Source of the DNA: Octopus bimaculoides
Taxonomy: Eukaryota
Direction: 5' to 3'
Assembly (NCBI RefSeq): GCF_001194135.2
Contig: NC_068984.1
Span: forward strand, 127,452,478-127,516,477
Length of the DNA stretch: 64,000 nucleotides
Shown: piece after piece, positions 62,565 to 64,000 of the stretch
Layout: each line of letters begins with the position of its first letter
How positions within the stretch are numbered: the first letter of the stretch is position 1
The notes under the pieces: generated by a model
The model's database searches: none
The model's input: only the letters and a program-made list of their open reading frames with translations
What the model was told of the DNA's origin: nothing
Translations under genes and position numbers: made by a program

Positions 62565-62610
<46 letters not shown>

Positions 62611-62620
62611 NNNNNNNNNN

Positions 62621-62651
<31 letters not shown>

Positions 62652-62810
62652 CTGTGTGTGTGTGTGTGTACATATATATAATCACACAGCACAGCAACTT
62701 CAGCAGGTATTTTCATTTAACCAAAGCCTTCTAAGCAAAATTGTTATAAACAGAAAATGTATGAAAGTCTGTCATGTGAGCGTGTGTGTGTATGTGTGTG
62801 TGTGAGAGAG
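62430..62810. repeat. Diverged tandem duplication (~90-bp unique unit plus microsatellite spacer)
   Basis: 62469-62560 and 62684-62775 align with about 14 differences by eye; each copy is preceded by (TG)n(TA)n-ATCAC. Confidence 0.85.
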
Positions 62811-63215
62811 TGAGGGGAGAGATCATTTTCACATCCATTTTTCCATGCTTGCATGAGACACAAGGGTGTTCTCCAGCAGTGTCTCCACACTTTTTGTTGC
62901 AGTCTTATGTGGGTACACCATATGGAATTTCAGCTTATTCTTGTCTTGCATCTCAAGCATGACCATTTCCTGATAGCAGCATGATCATGTCTTCTTTTCA
63001 ACAAACTGAATCATTAATTGTAGTTAAGTCTACTTCATTCTAGACTTTGCTTCTATGTCTTCAACAAATTCACCTGAGAACTTTGACATCTAAATATAAG
63101 ACAGAATCAGTTGAGAACTATGTTTTTGGCATATGAGTCCTGATGGGCAGACAATCTTAATCTTCACTCTATTGGGTAGGAGGACTACAATAAACAGAAG
63201 GCTGGTAATGAAGTC

Positions 63216-63520
63216 CTAGTAGACCTCTACATGCATGCTAAATTTATCACTGAACTCATAGCTAACTCTCATCTTACTGACCGTACCACAGTTTGCATGG
63301 CTTTCATAAGGCATTTGTCTATCCCTATGTTTCTTAATGGCCACCTCACTACACAGTGTGGAATCCTCCAGGTCAATGAATGCTAAATGTAGTCCCCCTA
63401 AGTACTCAGTTATATGCTGTCCTGGTATTAACCCAAACTGCATCTTATCTAGACTAATATTTTTTTCAAATAGATGTACTTCAACTGTTTCAATAGCTAG
63501 CATAACCTGGCCCCATTAAT
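63216..63520 (-). mobile_element. Decayed RTE RT fragment
   Basis: ISLDKMQFGLIPG...EYL...LHLAFIDLED parallels the RT segment at 37680-37830. Confidence 0.7.
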
Positions 63521-63911
63521 AATCATGATAAAACTACATTTCTCACTTGCAATCAATAATAACTTGATAGTATGTACCATCCTTTTGCTAATTGTTTGAA
63601 ATGCCTATACAATGACAAGCTGACGCATACACACTTCTGCTCCTCCTATTCACGACCCAGGAAAACAGCAAGGATGTGAGACAGTGTGTGTGTGTGTGTA
63701 AGGGCTGCCCCAGCACTGAGCATGTATTTTATTTTCAAAATTGATCTCAATGGGAAGTGAACTTTGAGCTCAGAGAGCTGAAACAAATGTTGCAACACAT
63801 TCTGTCTGATGCTTGAATGATTACCAGTGAAAGTATTGGGCTTAATATAATTTACTAAACCCTTCAAAAAGGTGTCCCATTAAAGTTGTAGTTCAATGAC
63901 TGAAACTAGTT

Positions 63912-63919
63912 ATATACAT

Positions 63920-64000
<81 letters not shown>
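63912..64000. repeat. (TA)n microsatellite running off the window end
   Basis: Direct inspection. Confidence 0.97.

Noticed and set aside
62815-62840. GAGATCATTTT resembles the bantam miRNA 5' end
   Set aside because: It is part of a decayed RTE (ATC)n tail (ATCATTTTCACATCC...TTCCATGC) with no hairpin.
246-63867. Numerous ORFs rich in Y, C/V, H/T, S/L, I/Y, or X
   Set aside because: They are translations of (AAT)n, (TG)n, (CA)n, (TC)n and (TA)n microsatellites or N-gaps.

Overview
AT-rich, repeat-dense eukaryotic (animal) DNA from a gapped short-read assembly with 7 N-runs. The repeat families resemble octopus (coleoid cephalopod) repeats as I recall them; this is inference, not a database result. 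There is no intact protein-coding gene, rRNA, tRNA gene or CRISPR array. Nearly all listed ORFs are microsatellite translations or transposon fragments. The window looks like intronic or intergenic DNA carrying layered mobile elements: four Tc1/mariner-superfamily relics (two DD34D mariners, a Tc1 with apparent DD36E spacing, a DD37D maT), a hAT MITE with perfect TIRs and 8-bp TSD, a TTAA piggyBac-type MITE, many RTE-clade LINE fragments and young RTE-tail elements, two R4/Dong-like LINE 3' ends sitting in (TAA)n runs, CR1/L2-like ends, and at least three tRNA-derived SINE families. A few short splice-site-bounded segments could be exons of a long-intron host gene, but none could be identified. 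I found no convincing novel multi-gene system. The most interesting observations are structural: modular stem-loop arrays in the RTE-tail elements, TAA-targeted LINE ends, nested insertions, a long inverted-repeat pair and a perfect 56-bp hairpin next to a gap.
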